Source: a virus
IMG/VR virus record: IMGVR_UViG_3300034063_000636
Location: 44,215-108,214 of that record
Length of the DNA stretch: 64,000 nucleotides
Reading direction: 5' to 3' (one strand)
Shown here: piece by piece, positions 29,201-37,781 of the stretch
Position numbering within the stretch: position 1 is the stretch's first letter
How the letters are laid out: the number at the start of each line of letters is the position of its first letter
Position numbers and translations under genes: made by a program
Notes under the pieces: generated by a model
Told to the model about the DNA's origin: nothing
Database searches by the model: none
Seen by the model: only the letters and a program-made list of their open reading frames with translations

Positions 29201-30617
29201 AGCTTATTCTCAAGCCAATGGTGCCTATGCACAGGCTAACGGTGCATACGCTCAAGCGAATATCGTTTATGCTCAAGCAAATGCAGCGTATGAAAAGGCA
29301 AATGCGCCAATCACCGTTAAGGAAATTTATGCTGGCAATTCAACAGTAGTCAATACTTACACCAATATCAATACAATTCAATTTGATTCTGACTCTGGAA
29401 TGGCAGTTGTAAATGCTGCTTCGAACACAGTCACGATTCAGTTGAATAGTACATTCAAGAATTGGAACGTAGATGGAAATGCTGGACTTGTTGCAGTTGG
29501 TCTTGATACTGTAAACTTTATTGCTGGCAGTGGAATTTCGATTGCTGCAAACAATAATGCATCACCAAAATCTATTACATTCACCAGTACTGGTGGTGGC
29601 GGTGGCGCAGCTAACGTTATCGTTAAAGACGAAGGAACAACTCTTACATCAGCTGTAACTTCGATTGACTTTACTGGTGGTGGTGTAACTGCAACAGCAA
29701 GTGGAAGTAATGTAACAATTTCTGTTCCAGTTGGATTGTCAAATACAATCATCAAAACTGTTTCTTATACTTCCACAAATGCTGCAGCAAATTTAACGTA
29801 TGCTCTACCATTAACACCATCAGATCCTTCATATATCTTTGTGATTAAGAACGGTATTGTTCTTACACCAAATACGGATTATAGCCTCAGTGGAAATACA
29901 CTTACTGTAATCGAATCTGGTGCGGCAAACGATGCGATCGAAGTTCGTTATTTTGATCAAGTTAATATTGTAGAGTATCCAAATACAAAAATTGAAGTTG
30001 ATTCAAACACTGTCGCTTCGCAAACGAATACATTCTATGTCACGAGTAATGTTGCTGCAATAAGCCGACTCTCTATCTCTAAGAATGGTTTGTTGCTCAC
30101 ACCAAATCTACACTTCACAGTGACTGGAAATACTGTAACGTTAAATACAGCTGCTGAGATTAACGATGTATTGACCTTTACACATATTCGTGATTTGGGA
30201 CCATTAGAAGGTTCTGGTTTAACAGAATACAACTATAACACAAGCACATCTTCTGTTGAAACAGTCGATTCTTGGTCTAAGAATACCTATCGCAGCGGTA
30301 AGTATCAAGTTCAAGTTGAAAGTGGCGCTGGATATTATGCCACTGAAATCATGATTATTCATGATGACTCTACTACAAATTTAATACAGTATGGAACATC
30401 TTCTTTTGGTTCGAATGTTGGCGTGTTTTCTTCTGACATAAGCGGAAGCAACGTTCGACTATTGTTTACTGCAACTGATTCCACTTCGTTTGTAACTTAT
30501 AATAGAGTTCTTTTGACAAAGAGATCTTCTGAATCGTTACCGACAGATTTGATGACTGGAAGCGATGCGTATGATCTCATGTTGACTCTACCATTTAACC
30601 CAACAGACCTCAATTAA
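23205..30617 (+). CDS. Giant coiled-coil fibre protein (2470 aa) with repeated beta modules and two cupredoxin-like domains
   Basis: Long ANGAYAQ/ANTARDT heptad tracts; three close copies of a GNLxVLGNxTTLNVETL..EDNEIILNSN..RG..W module; two GHPF...C-x2-H-x2-M domains. Confidence 0.85.
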   Translation: MKITITNNNQIGKVTFGKVTRVGDLYANDILDLINTVVYRSGSTMTGNLNVAATIITQNVIPSVNNTYNLGSPTYRYKDAYFGGNTVYIGDSILSAQANSLLTNTFIATTSFVSGGLNVLDQANAAYAEANLKLGLGGGTITGSLTVTGNLEVLGNTTTLNVETLSLEDNEIILNSNVTGPPLLDSFITINRGSMTNAVLKWDESTDQWKWSDGNGVYYALDSSLGAYAQANGAYAQANGAYAQANGAYSQANGAFAQANGAYAQANGAYAQANGAYAQANAASDNANTRVLKAGDTMTGQLNISSGGLVVTGNIVTTGASGDITGVNTIYAGTFSTTAGLNVTAQAANAYEQANNARTTANGAYLQANGAYAQANGAYAQANGAYAQANGAYAQANGAYAQANGVYAHANGIYDVANAAYAQANADYQPAVTRFDVTSSGTSAYRFDQYGSIVDDPTLYVRAGETLAFNLNVVGHPFMIRQSNGGANYNTGLTHVETTGVISTGASAQGKTTGVLYWKVPFELQGNTYVYQCQVHSAMVGNIVIEPPSTIIYAQANVAFDTANGAYSQANGAYSQANGAYAQANGAYAQANGAYAQANSAYAHANIVYAQANASFDQANTARTTANDAYEQANTARSTANDSYAQANTARDTGNNAYAQANTARDTANDSYAQANTARDTGNNAYLQANTARDTGNNAYAQANTARDTGNDAYSQANTARNTANDAYLQANNAYAEANIKLNISGGSITGDLIVSGNLEVLGNSTTLNVETLAIEDNEIILNSNVTGSPTLDGFITINRGSNTNASIKWDENTNQWKWTDGDTFFYAFDSALDAYAQANTARDQANTARETGNDAYGQANTARTTANDAYLQANTARDQANTARDTGNNAYAQANTALDTANGAYAQANGAYAQANGAYAQANLAFGQANGAYAQANGAYAHANIVYAQANAAFNQANTGNDSANAAYAQANTARDTGNNAYGQANTARTTANDAYAQANTALDTANGAYAQANGAYAHANIVYAQANTARDTANAAYGQANGAFDQANAAYNQANTARTTANDAYGQANSAFNQANAAYDKANTALDTANGAYAQANGAYAHANIVYAQANNAYDTANLKLNIAGGTINGSLNVSGNLSITGNTTYYNVATYAVDDPLIYLGANNILNDIVDIGFIATKNTSGNLSHTGFARDAGDATWYLFDNLLDSGHQNNIVDFANTTLATLRANIAANSILLMGNVVATQANLTLAHNQANTANNTANGAYSQANGAYAHANIVYAQANAAFNQANAAYDKANGAFDTANGAYSQANGAYAHANIVYAQANAAYDNANTRVLKSGDTMTGNLNVSAFIITNNVQPNLNVTYDLGSPTKRYKNLYLSNNALHLGDAVITSNGSTLVVSGVEIDGSGNLIAAFDSYDQANTARDTANAAYNQANGAFNQANGAYAHANIVYAQANAAYDQANTARGTANDAYAQANTARDTGNNAYAQANTARDTANDAYGQANTARTTANDSYNQANTARTTANDAYGQANTARGTANDAYGQANAAYLQANNAYDEANLKVNISGGTISGDLVVSGNLSVLGNSTTLNVETLKIEDNEIILNSNVTGSPTLDSFITINRGSSTNAVIKWDENTDQWKWSDGDTFFYAFDSALDAYAQANTARATANDAYGQANVARATANDSYLQANTARDTANASYDQANTARTTANDAYGQANTARTTANDSYAQANTARNTANDSYAQANTARTTANDAYAQANTARTTANDSYAQANTARNTANDSYAQANTARATANDAYGQANAAYNTANTANATANLAYAQANSNYQPAVTRLNVTNSGFSAYLLDQYPGNNPTVYVRGGETLAFDLNVSGHPFMIRQSSGGANYNTGLTHVSSTGVVSTDGSAQGQVSGTLYWKVPYNIVGNTYVYQCSIHGGMVGNIVIEPSVIVAYAQANAAFDTANGAYAHANIVYAQANAAYNDANGAYAQANGAYAQANGAYSQANGAYAQANGAYAQANIVYAQANAAYEKANAPITVKEIYAGNSTVVNTYTNINTIQFDSDSGMAVVNAASNTVTIQLNSTFKNWNVDGNAGLVAVGLDTVNFIAGSGISIAANNNASPKSITFTSTGGGGGAANVIVKDEGTTLTSAVTSIDFTGGGVTATASGSNVTISVPVGLSNTIIKTVSYTSTNAAANLTYALPLTPSDPSYIFVIKNGIVLTPNTDYSLSGNTLTVIESGAANDAIEVRYFDQVNIVEYPNTKIEVDSNTVASQTNTFYVTSNVAAISRLSISKNGLLLTPNLHFTVTGNTVTLNTAAEINDVLTFTHIRDLGPLEGSGLTEYNYNTSTSSVETVDSWSKNTYRSGKYQVQVESGAGYYATEIMIIHDDSTTNLIQYGTSSFGSNVGVFSSDISGSNVRLLFTATDSTSFVTYNRVLLTKRSSESLPTDLMTGSDAYDLMLTLPFNPTDLN
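23880..29300 (+). repeat. 21-bp period coding heptad repeats (several tracts)
   Basis: Degenerate gcNtaYgcNcaRgcNaaY-type units encoding AYAQANG / ARDTAND. Confidence 0.9.
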
Positions 30618-30629
30618 GGACTTCTTACG

Positions 30630-30636
30630 ATAAATA
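30630..30636 (+). promoter_or_regulatory. T4-type late promoter box
   Basis: Intergenic ATAAATA upstream of ATG 30663. Confidence 0.6.
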
Positions 30637-30662
30637 ATTGTACGATTTAAGAGAGAACTAAA

Positions 30663-31157
30663 ATGCCAACAACATTACAATTTAGACGTTATGGAACTGC
30701 AGCCACTGCATCAGTTACTGGTGCAAATGGTGAATTGACGATTGATACTGATAAAGAAACAGTCGTCGTTCATGACGGATCCACGGCTGGTGGGTATGCG
30801 CTCGTAAGAGATGGCGCTGCAACGATCAGCGACACGTTCGGAAATCTTCGTGGAATTCCGATTTCTGGTTCAGAAAAATCTACCAGTTATACGCTCGCTG
30901 CAAATGATGTTGGTCGTTTGGTGATCGTAACAACTAGCGGAAGCATTACAGTTCCGAACACCACATTTGGTGGTGGTAATGTTGTTTCAGTTTACAATAA
31001 CACAAGCAGCAACGTTGTGCTTACATTGAGCACTGCGGCAGCATATGTTTCTGGCAATAATACAAATAGAACATCTCTTAATCTAGCAACTCGCGGCATT
31101 GCAACAGTTCTTTATATTAGTTCAAATTCTTGCGTAATTACAGGAAGCGTATCATAA
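30663..31157 (+). CDS. Short tail fibre protein with Mtd-N-like N-terminal domain
   Basis: LQFRRYGTA...GANGELTIDTDKETVVVHDG.TAGG. Confidence 0.75.
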   Translation: MPTTLQFRRYGTAATASVTGANGELTIDTDKETVVVHDGSTAGGYALVRDGAATISDTFGNLRGIPISGSEKSTSYTLAANDVGRLVIVTTSGSITVPNTTFGGGNVVSVYNNTSSNVVLTLSTAAAYVSGNNTNRTSLNLATRGIATVLYISSNSCVITGSVS

Positions 31158-31158
31158 G

Positions 31159-32829
31159 ATGGGTGGTATTCATTTAGCATTGATGGCTTCGTTTTCTACC
31201 ACTGGTGTCAGTTTCGGCACAGGAACTGTCATTCAATCATTCACATCAACTGGTTCTTGGACATGCCCAACAGGCGTTACTTCTGTTGAATGTCTTTTAG
31301 TTGCTGGTGGTGGCGGTGGAACAAATGACCTTGCTGGCGGAGCAGGTGCAGGTGGAGTTGTATACAATAATTCAGTTTCAGTAACACCAGGAACAACATA
31401 TACAATTACAGTTGGTGCTGGTGGAGCTGCTGCCAGCAATGGTGTGAATTCAAGTGCATTCAGTATGACAACAGCTGTTGGTGGTGGGACAAGCGGTGCT
31501 TATAATGGTGGATCAGGATCTGCTGGTAAAAATGGCGGATCAGGTGGAGGTGGCGGCGCAACACCATCATACAGTGGTCCAGGCGGTAGCGCTGTATATC
31601 CAGGATCCCCATTTATTAGTGCAACAAGACAAGGATATGATGGCGGTCAGGGAACTGCAGGTGGTGGTTCTGGTGGTTATGGCAGATCTGGCGGTGGCGG
31701 TGGAGCTGGAGAAGCAGGTAAAGCAGGATCAGCTGGAAGCGGTGGTGGAGCAGGAACCAATGTACACAGCACGTTACTTCAATCTGCTGGTTTTGGTGTA
31801 TTGTCTGGTGGATTATATTACATAGCAGGTGGTGGTGGCGGCGCTGAAGATGGCGGACCAGGAGGAGTTGGTGGTGGTGGAAATGGCGGATATCGAAACG
31901 GCGCACTCGCAACTGCAGGTCAAACAAACACTGGTGGTGGAGGAGGTGGGAATTGGTATGCTGCAGCTGGCGGTGCTGGTGGTTCTGGATTAGCAATTAT
32001 TAAGTACACCCAACCAACTGTTGTTGGAACTGTTTATACATTTACCACATCTGGAACTTGGACTGCTCCAACTGGCGTCACTTCCGTTGATTATCTCGTT
32101 GTTGCTGGTGGTGGAGGAGGTGGAACTATTGGCGGAGGCGGTGGTGCTGGTGGATACCGAACAGGGACTGGATTTGCAGTTACACCTGGAAACACTTATA
32201 CCATTACTGTCGGATCTGGTGGTGCAGGATCACCAAATAGTGTTAGTTCAACTAATCCACAAGCATCCAATGGATCTAGTTCAGTTTTTGATACAATAAC
32301 GTCTGCAGGTGGCGGCGGTGGCGGATCGTATAATGCTCCTGCAGGTGCTGGCAATAATGGACGTGCTGGTGGATCAGGCGGTGGTGGCGGTTTAAATGGT
32401 GGACCATCGTCAGGTGGTGCTGGCAATACTCCATCAACATCACCATCTCAAGGAAATAATGGTGGAGCAGCAACACCTTCTGCTGCAGCGGGTCAGGGCG
32501 CAGGTGGCGGAGGTGGAGCTGGAGCGGCAGGTGATAGTGGTGGAACAGCACCTTCTGCTGGTGGTAATGGCGGTAATGGTGCAGCATCTACGATCACAGG
32601 CACATCTGTAACTTACGCTGGTGGCGGTGGTGGAGCTGGCAACGTTGCCCCAGCTCCTGCAGGCACTGGCGGATCAGGTGGTGGTGGTGCTGGATCAAAT
32701 ACTCTTAACGGGACAAATGGAGCCGCTGGTCTTGGTGGTGGCGGCGGTGGCGGTGGCAATGGTCCTTCTGGTTATATGGGTGGCGGCACTGGTGGATCAG
32801 GTATAGTAATCATTAAGGTTGCAGCATAA
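31159..32829 (+). CDS. Glycine-rich adhesin, 2 domains
   Basis: Two FT..G.WT.PTGVTSV..L.VAGGGGG...GGSG..IIK units. Confidence 0.8.
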   Translation: MGGIHLALMASFSTTGVSFGTGTVIQSFTSTGSWTCPTGVTSVECLLVAGGGGGTNDLAGGAGAGGVVYNNSVSVTPGTTYTITVGAGGAAASNGVNSSAFSMTTAVGGGTSGAYNGGSGSAGKNGGSGGGGGATPSYSGPGGSAVYPGSPFISATRQGYDGGQGTAGGGSGGYGRSGGGGGAGEAGKAGSAGSGGGAGTNVHSTLLQSAGFGVLSGGLYYIAGGGGGAEDGGPGGVGGGGNGGYRNGALATAGQTNTGGGGGGNWYAAAGGAGGSGLAIIKYTQPTVVGTVYTFTTSGTWTAPTGVTSVDYLVVAGGGGGGTIGGGGGAGGYRTGTGFAVTPGNTYTITVGSGGAGSPNSVSSTNPQASNGSSSVFDTITSAGGGGGGSYNAPAGAGNNGRAGGSGGGGGLNGGPSSGGAGNTPSTSPSQGNNGGAATPSAAAGQGAGGGGGAGAAGDSGGTAPSAGGNGGNGAASTITGTSVTYAGGGGGAGNVAPAPAGTGGSGGGGAGSNTLNGTNGAAGLGGGGGGGGNGPSGYMGGGTGGSGIVIIKVAA

Positions 32830-33005
32830 TGGCAAAACCAAAACAATATCAAGTTCAAGAATTACAAACAGATCTTGGAACAATACACACTCAAGCAAAC
32901 ACTGCTTATGGTCAAGCCAACGCTGCATATGCTGCAGCGAATAATGCATATGCTGCAGCAAATAGTGCTAGTGGTGGATTCGCAAAAGTCTTTTTCAGTT
33001 TATAA
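32829..33005 (+). CDS. Micro-protein (58 aa) with fibre-like heptads; not in the ORF track
   Basis: MAKPKQYQVQELQTDLGTIHTQANTAYGQANAAYAAANNAYAAANSASGGFAKVFFSL; ATG overlaps the upstream TAA and the ORF fills the gap. Confidence 0.8.
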   Translation: MAKPKQYQVQELQTDLGTIHTQANTAYGQANAAYAAANNAYAAANSASGGFAKVFFSL

Positions 33006-33017
33006 CAGGACATTACA

Positions 33018-33344
33018 ATGGCAGAAAGATATAAAATTCTAGGACAAGTGGCTGGAACAACTGCGTTTGCAAATGTCTACACAGTTCCAGCAGCAACATC
33101 AACAGTAGTCTCATCAATTATTGTCACGAATCGATCTTCTTCAAATACGAATTATAGAATCGCAGTGCTTCCTGCAGGTGCTGCTGTTGCAAATCAATAT
33201 TATATTGCCTATGATTCTGTAATTGCAGGAAGCGATGCGATTGGTTTATCACTTGGATTAACTCTTGGCAACACTGATGTGATCACTGTAAATGCATCTT
33301 CAAATGTAATCACGTTCAGCGTGTTCGGAACAGAAATTACCTAA
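33018..33344 (+). CDS. Adaptor-like small beta protein
   Basis: YKILGQ...VYTVPAAT.TVVSSI.VTNR...LGLTLGNTDVI...FGTEIT; close paralog of 38905..39231. Confidence 0.75.
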   Translation: MAERYKILGQVAGTTAFANVYTVPAATSTVVSSIIVTNRSSSNTNYRIAVLPAGAAVANQYYIAYDSVIAGSDAIGLSLGLTLGNTDVITVNASSNVITFSVFGTEIT

Positions 33345-33345
33345 T

Positions 33346-35718
33346 ATGGCTTCGAAGTTATTTGCCTTTCAAAGTTTTGCATCAAGCACGAGAATTTTCA
33401 ATTCTCGCGCGACACCTGCCGCAGTTGGAGCGCAAGAAATTGTTGTAGAAACTTTCGCCAATACAACTACATGGACTGCACCAGAAGGCGTCACATCAGT
33501 TGAATATCTTGTTATTGGCGGTGGAGGCGGAGGGGGTGGAAGATTCGTCGGTGGTGGCGGGGGTGCTGGCGGATTTCGAGCAGGCACTGGTTATGCTGTA
33601 ACACCAAATACTTCTTATACAATCACTGTGGGCGCTGGCGGTAATGGTGCAACCTCACCAAGCATATATGGATCAAATGGATCATCTTCTGTATTTGATA
33701 CGATTACATCTGCTGGCGGTGGTGCAGGAGCTGGATTAGACAATTCTGCACCAGGAACTGCTCAAAATGGACGCGCAGGTGGCTCTGGCGGCGGCGGAAG
33801 TGGTTTTGCAGGAGGGGCTGGCGGCACTGGAAACACCCCTTCAACTTCTCCATCGCAAGGTAATAACGGTGGAAATGGTAGTTCTTCTGCTCCTTTCTAT
33901 GCTGGAGGCGGTGGTGGCGGTGCGGGTGCTGTTGGAACTAATGGCAGCGGATCAAGCGCAGGTACTGGTGGAAATGGAACAGCATCTTCAATTACTGGAA
34001 CTTCTGTAACTTATGCAGGTGGAGGTGGGGGTGGTTCAGATGTTTCTGGTGGTTCTGGTGGAACTGGAGGTGGAGCCAATGGTGGAGCAGGCGGTTCAAA
34101 TGCTCCGAGCGCAGCACCAGCAAGCACTGGCAGCGGTGGTGGTGGATCTGGTGGTGGACCTTCTCCAAGTGGATATAACGGCAGCAGTGGCGGTTCAGGC
34201 GTAGTAATTTTAAAATACACAAAACCAAACGTAAGTGCAAATGCCAATGTCTGGGTATTCAGAACATCAACATCATGGACTGCGCCAACAGGAGTCTCGC
34301 TGATCGATTATTTGATCGTCGGTGGTGGCGGTGGTGGAGCTGGTTATGGTGCAGGCGGTGCAGGTGGGTTTAGAACAGGCACTGGATACTCAGTATCACC
34401 AGCAACATCTTATACTATTACAGTCGGATCAGGTGGTGCTGCAGGTGATATTTCAAATAGAGGCGCAAATGGTGCTGCCTCTATTTTTGCATTAACATCA
34501 AATACATCAGCAAATGTTTCTTCTGCTGGTGGCGGTGGTGGTGGATGCAATTCAGGAACACAAACTGGATTAAGTGGCGGAAGCGGTGGTGGCGGTGGTG
34601 GCGGAACATCTCCTGCTGGTGCTGGTGGAACAGGTAATACACCTGCAGTTGCACCAGCACAAGGTAACAATGGTGGCACTGGTGGAGTTTCTCCTGGAAA
34701 TTCAGGTGGAGGTGGTGGTGGTGCTGCAGCTGCAGGATCTAATGGAGCAACAAATACTGGTGGTAATGGCGGAAACGGTACTGCTTCTACATTGTCTGGT
34801 TCTTCGGTAACTTATGCTGGCGGTGGTGGTGGTGGAACTAATAATGGAAGCCCTGCTACAGCTGGTAATGGTGGAACTGGTGGTGGTGGAAATGGAAGTA
34901 ATGGCAATCCAAGTTCTATTGCCCAAGCTGGCACCGCAAATCTTGGCGGAGGTGGTGGAGGAGGAGGATTCCCTAGCAATCAAACAGGAAATACTGGCGG
35001 CTCTGGTATCGTTATTATCAAAGCATATGCAACCGCAAACGCAAACCTTGCAACATTCACTTCATCTGGAACATGGACAGCACCCACTGGAGCAACACAA
35101 GTTGAATACCTTGTGATTGCTGGCGGAGCTGGCGGTAATGGCGGTGGTGGTGGTGCTGGTGGATTGAGAACAGGTTCTGGATTATCAGTTTCGCCTGGAT
35201 CATCATATACAGTTACAATTGGTGGCGGTGGTGCTGCAGGAAGTAATGGAACTAACTCAGTGTTTAGCACTATTACATCACTCGGTGGTGGTGTTGATAG
35301 TGCTGGTGGAAGACAAGTAACAGGTGGTTCTGGTGGTGGTGCTGAAAGACAATATCCATCAACAGTTGGTCTCGGTACTCCAGGTCAAGGATTTAATGGT
35401 GGCACTGGAAATGCTCCTGCTAATGCATCTGGTGGAGGCGGCGGAGCTGGTGGTGTTGGCGGAAATGCATCTTCAACTGGCGGCGTAGGTGGACCAGGAG
35501 CATTCTCGACGATCAGCGGATCATCAGCAATTTATGCTGGTGGTGGTGGCGGTGGTGGTCAAAGTGGCGGAGGATCAGGAGGAGCTGGTGGTGGTGCATC
35601 GGGTGGTGTTGGTCCAGCAAGTTCTGCATCACCTAATACTGGTGGTGGTGGCGGAGGAATTTACACCAGTGGTGCTGGTGCAGGTGGTTCTGGTATTGTT
35701 ATTATTCGTTGGTCGTAA
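33346..35718 (+). CDS. Glycine-rich adhesin, 3 domains
   Basis: Three WTAP.G...EYL..GGGGGG units; ends in IVIIRWS. Confidence 0.8.
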   Translation: MASKLFAFQSFASSTRIFNSRATPAAVGAQEIVVETFANTTTWTAPEGVTSVEYLVIGGGGGGGGRFVGGGGGAGGFRAGTGYAVTPNTSYTITVGAGGNGATSPSIYGSNGSSSVFDTITSAGGGAGAGLDNSAPGTAQNGRAGGSGGGGSGFAGGAGGTGNTPSTSPSQGNNGGNGSSSAPFYAGGGGGGAGAVGTNGSGSSAGTGGNGTASSITGTSVTYAGGGGGGSDVSGGSGGTGGGANGGAGGSNAPSAAPASTGSGGGGSGGGPSPSGYNGSSGGSGVVILKYTKPNVSANANVWVFRTSTSWTAPTGVSLIDYLIVGGGGGGAGYGAGGAGGFRTGTGYSVSPATSYTITVGSGGAAGDISNRGANGAASIFALTSNTSANVSSAGGGGGGCNSGTQTGLSGGSGGGGGGGTSPAGAGGTGNTPAVAPAQGNNGGTGGVSPGNSGGGGGGAAAAGSNGATNTGGNGGNGTASTLSGSSVTYAGGGGGGTNNGSPATAGNGGTGGGGNGSNGNPSSIAQAGTANLGGGGGGGGFPSNQTGNTGGSGIVIIKAYATANANLATFTSSGTWTAPTGATQVEYLVIAGGAGGNGGGGGAGGLRTGSGLSVSPGSSYTVTIGGGGAAGSNGTNSVFSTITSLGGGVDSAGGRQVTGGSGGGAERQYPSTVGLGTPGQGFNGGTGNAPANASGGGGGAGGVGGNASSTGGVGGPGAFSTISGSSAIYAGGGGGGGQSGGGSGGAGGGASGGVGPASSASPNTGGGGGGIYTSGAGAGGSGIVIIRWS

Positions 35719-35726
35719 TTGCGCAG

Positions 35727-35733
35727 ATAAATA
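35727..35733 (+). promoter_or_regulatory. T4-type late promoter box
   Basis: Intergenic ATAAATA upstream of ATG 35757. Confidence 0.6.
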
Positions 35734-35756
35734 TTCAATAAATCTAAGAGTGTTAA

Positions 35757-37769
35757 ATGTCTGAACCAATTATAAGAATAGCCCAAGTTGCGAATCTAGA
35801 GAATCGTCTAGCATCCGCAGTTGCGAACATTTCTGTTTCTTCAAATGGTGTGTTCTCGACCAATGCAAATGGGTTCAACTTTGTTAACACTGCAACAGTT
35901 CAAATAACTGTTGCTCCTGGTGCAAACGGTAATGCAAATATTTCTTTTGCATCAAGTGGTGGAACAGTAGTTGTTCGCGATAACTTTACTGGCGATGGAA
36001 ATACAGTAAACTTCACACTTTCGACAGAACCAGAAGATCAAACTCATACTCTTGTGTTTGTTGATCTTGTATTCCAGAGTGAAACAGCATATTCTATTAG
36101 TGGAAGTACGCTTACATTCGGAACTGCTCCTGATAATGGCGCGAATGTCGATGTTTACATCTACGGTGGTGGTGTTGGTTCAACAGTCGTAACATCTGAT
36201 GTGTTTACTGGAACTGGCGCATGCACTAGTTATCAATTAACACAAACAGCAACAACATCAAGAACGTTTATATATCTCGATGGCGTTGCTCAGCGTCCAG
36301 AATATGATTATCAAGTTAGCGGAACAACGTTGTCATTTAATGTTGCTCCAGCAAACGCAACAGTAATCGAAGCTCGAACACTCAGCGCATTTGATACTGT
36401 TGACATCAACGTTGCACCAGTTTCGTTGTATTCAGACAAATTCACGGGAACTGGTTCTTGCACTCAGTTTACTTTATCTCAAACAGGCACAACTGATTCG
36501 ACGTTTGTATTCTTAAACGGTGTTTCACAAAAACCTGGAACTGACTTTACAGTTGGTGGTGTGAGTAATACAACACTTACATTAACAAGTCCACCTGCCA
36601 ATGGGTCTGTTCTTGAAGTTAGAACAGTCGGTGCGTTTAGATTATCTGAAAATCAATCAAGAATTGAATCAGATATCTTTACTGGCGATGGTAATACTGT
36701 ATCGTTCACGATGTCAACAGTCAGTACGACTAAAAAGACATTCGCATTTATTGATGGTGTCGCACAAAAGCCTGTAACAGATTATTCTGTCGGTGGCAAT
36801 ATTATTACATTTACTGAAGCACCACCATCAGGAACATTTATTGAAGTTCGATCAGTTGCTCCGTTTATATTTGCAACCTCTACTGGTGATCTTGCATACG
36901 GTCAAGCCAATCTTGCATACAATACAGCAATTGCGGCGTATAGCCAAGCAAATAATGCAGCTGCTGTTGCTGCGAATGCTGTATTAAAAGCTGGTGATAC
37001 GATGACAGGGAACTTAACGTTCTCTGGATCAGGATTAAGAATTTTTGGTGACTTCAGCAATACAACAGTTGCTAATCGATTGATGTTCCAGACAACATCA
37101 GCATCGTCTGCAACACGTGTTGATGCTATACCAACGAGCGGAACAACAACAGCAGAATTTGGTGCATTTAATAATAGTGATCCAACTAATGCGAGTCGTG
37201 TCACACTTACCGTCACATCAACTGATGCTAGACTCCAATCAACTAATACTGGAACTGGCGATTATCTACCTTTGAACATTTATACTGGTGGAGTTGCAAG
37301 ATTACATGTTGATAATATTGGCAACATTGGTATTGGCACAACATCGCCCAACACCAGACTTCATGTAAACGGCACGATAACTCTTGAAGAAGTTTTAGAA
37401 AAGTCTAATATTACTGCAACTGCAATGGGCGCGAATGTCAACTTTGATGTTCTTGATTGCGCAGTGGTTTACTACACAGCAAATACAACTGCGAATAGCA
37501 CATTGAACATTCGTGGAAATACAACAGTCAATCTAAACAGCGTGATGTCAACGAATCAGGCTATGACAATCGCCTTTGCTGTTACAACTGGCGCTACTGC
37601 ACATAGAGTTGCGAATGTTCAAATTGATGGAACATCAATCACACCTAAATGGTCAGGTGGTTCTGCTCCAACAGCATCAGCGAATTCAATTGATGTGTAT
37701 TCGTTTACAATTTTTAAAACTGCCTCGGCAACTTATACTGTTCTTGGTTCCAAAACTCAGTTTGCATAA
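35757..37769 (+). CDS. Tail fibre / stalk protein with four repeated beta domains
   Basis: Four FTG(D/T)G....F.L...(D/N)GV.Q....Y.V.G..LTF...P..G..IEVR-type units, a short heptad tract, GNIGIGTTSP and a C-terminal KWSGG.AP...IDVYSF domain. Confidence 0.75.
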   Translation: MSEPIIRIAQVANLENRLASAVANISVSSNGVFSTNANGFNFVNTATVQITVAPGANGNANISFASSGGTVVVRDNFTGDGNTVNFTLSTEPEDQTHTLVFVDLVFQSETAYSISGSTLTFGTAPDNGANVDVYIYGGGVGSTVVTSDVFTGTGACTSYQLTQTATTSRTFIYLDGVAQRPEYDYQVSGTTLSFNVAPANATVIEARTLSAFDTVDINVAPVSLYSDKFTGTGSCTQFTLSQTGTTDSTFVFLNGVSQKPGTDFTVGGVSNTTLTLTSPPANGSVLEVRTVGAFRLSENQSRIESDIFTGDGNTVSFTMSTVSTTKKTFAFIDGVAQKPVTDYSVGGNIITFTEAPPSGTFIEVRSVAPFIFATSTGDLAYGQANLAYNTAIAAYSQANNAAAVAANAVLKAGDTMTGNLTFSGSGLRIFGDFSNTTVANRLMFQTTSASSATRVDAIPTSGTTTAEFGAFNNSDPTNASRVTLTVTSTDARLQSTNTGTGDYLPLNIYTGGVARLHVDNIGNIGIGTTSPNTRLHVNGTITLEEVLEKSNITATAMGANVNFDVLDCAVVYYTANTTANSTLNIRGNTTVNLNSVMSTNQAMTIAFAVTTGATAHRVANVQIDGTSITPKWSGGSAPTASANSIDVYSFTIFKTASATYTVLGSKTQFA

Positions 37770-37781
37770 GGTGAATAAACT

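Noticed and set aside
30663-31157. Diversity-generating retroelement suggested by the Mtd-N-like domain
   Set aside because: No reverse transcriptase and no visible template/variable repeat pair with adenine-specific differences in the window.
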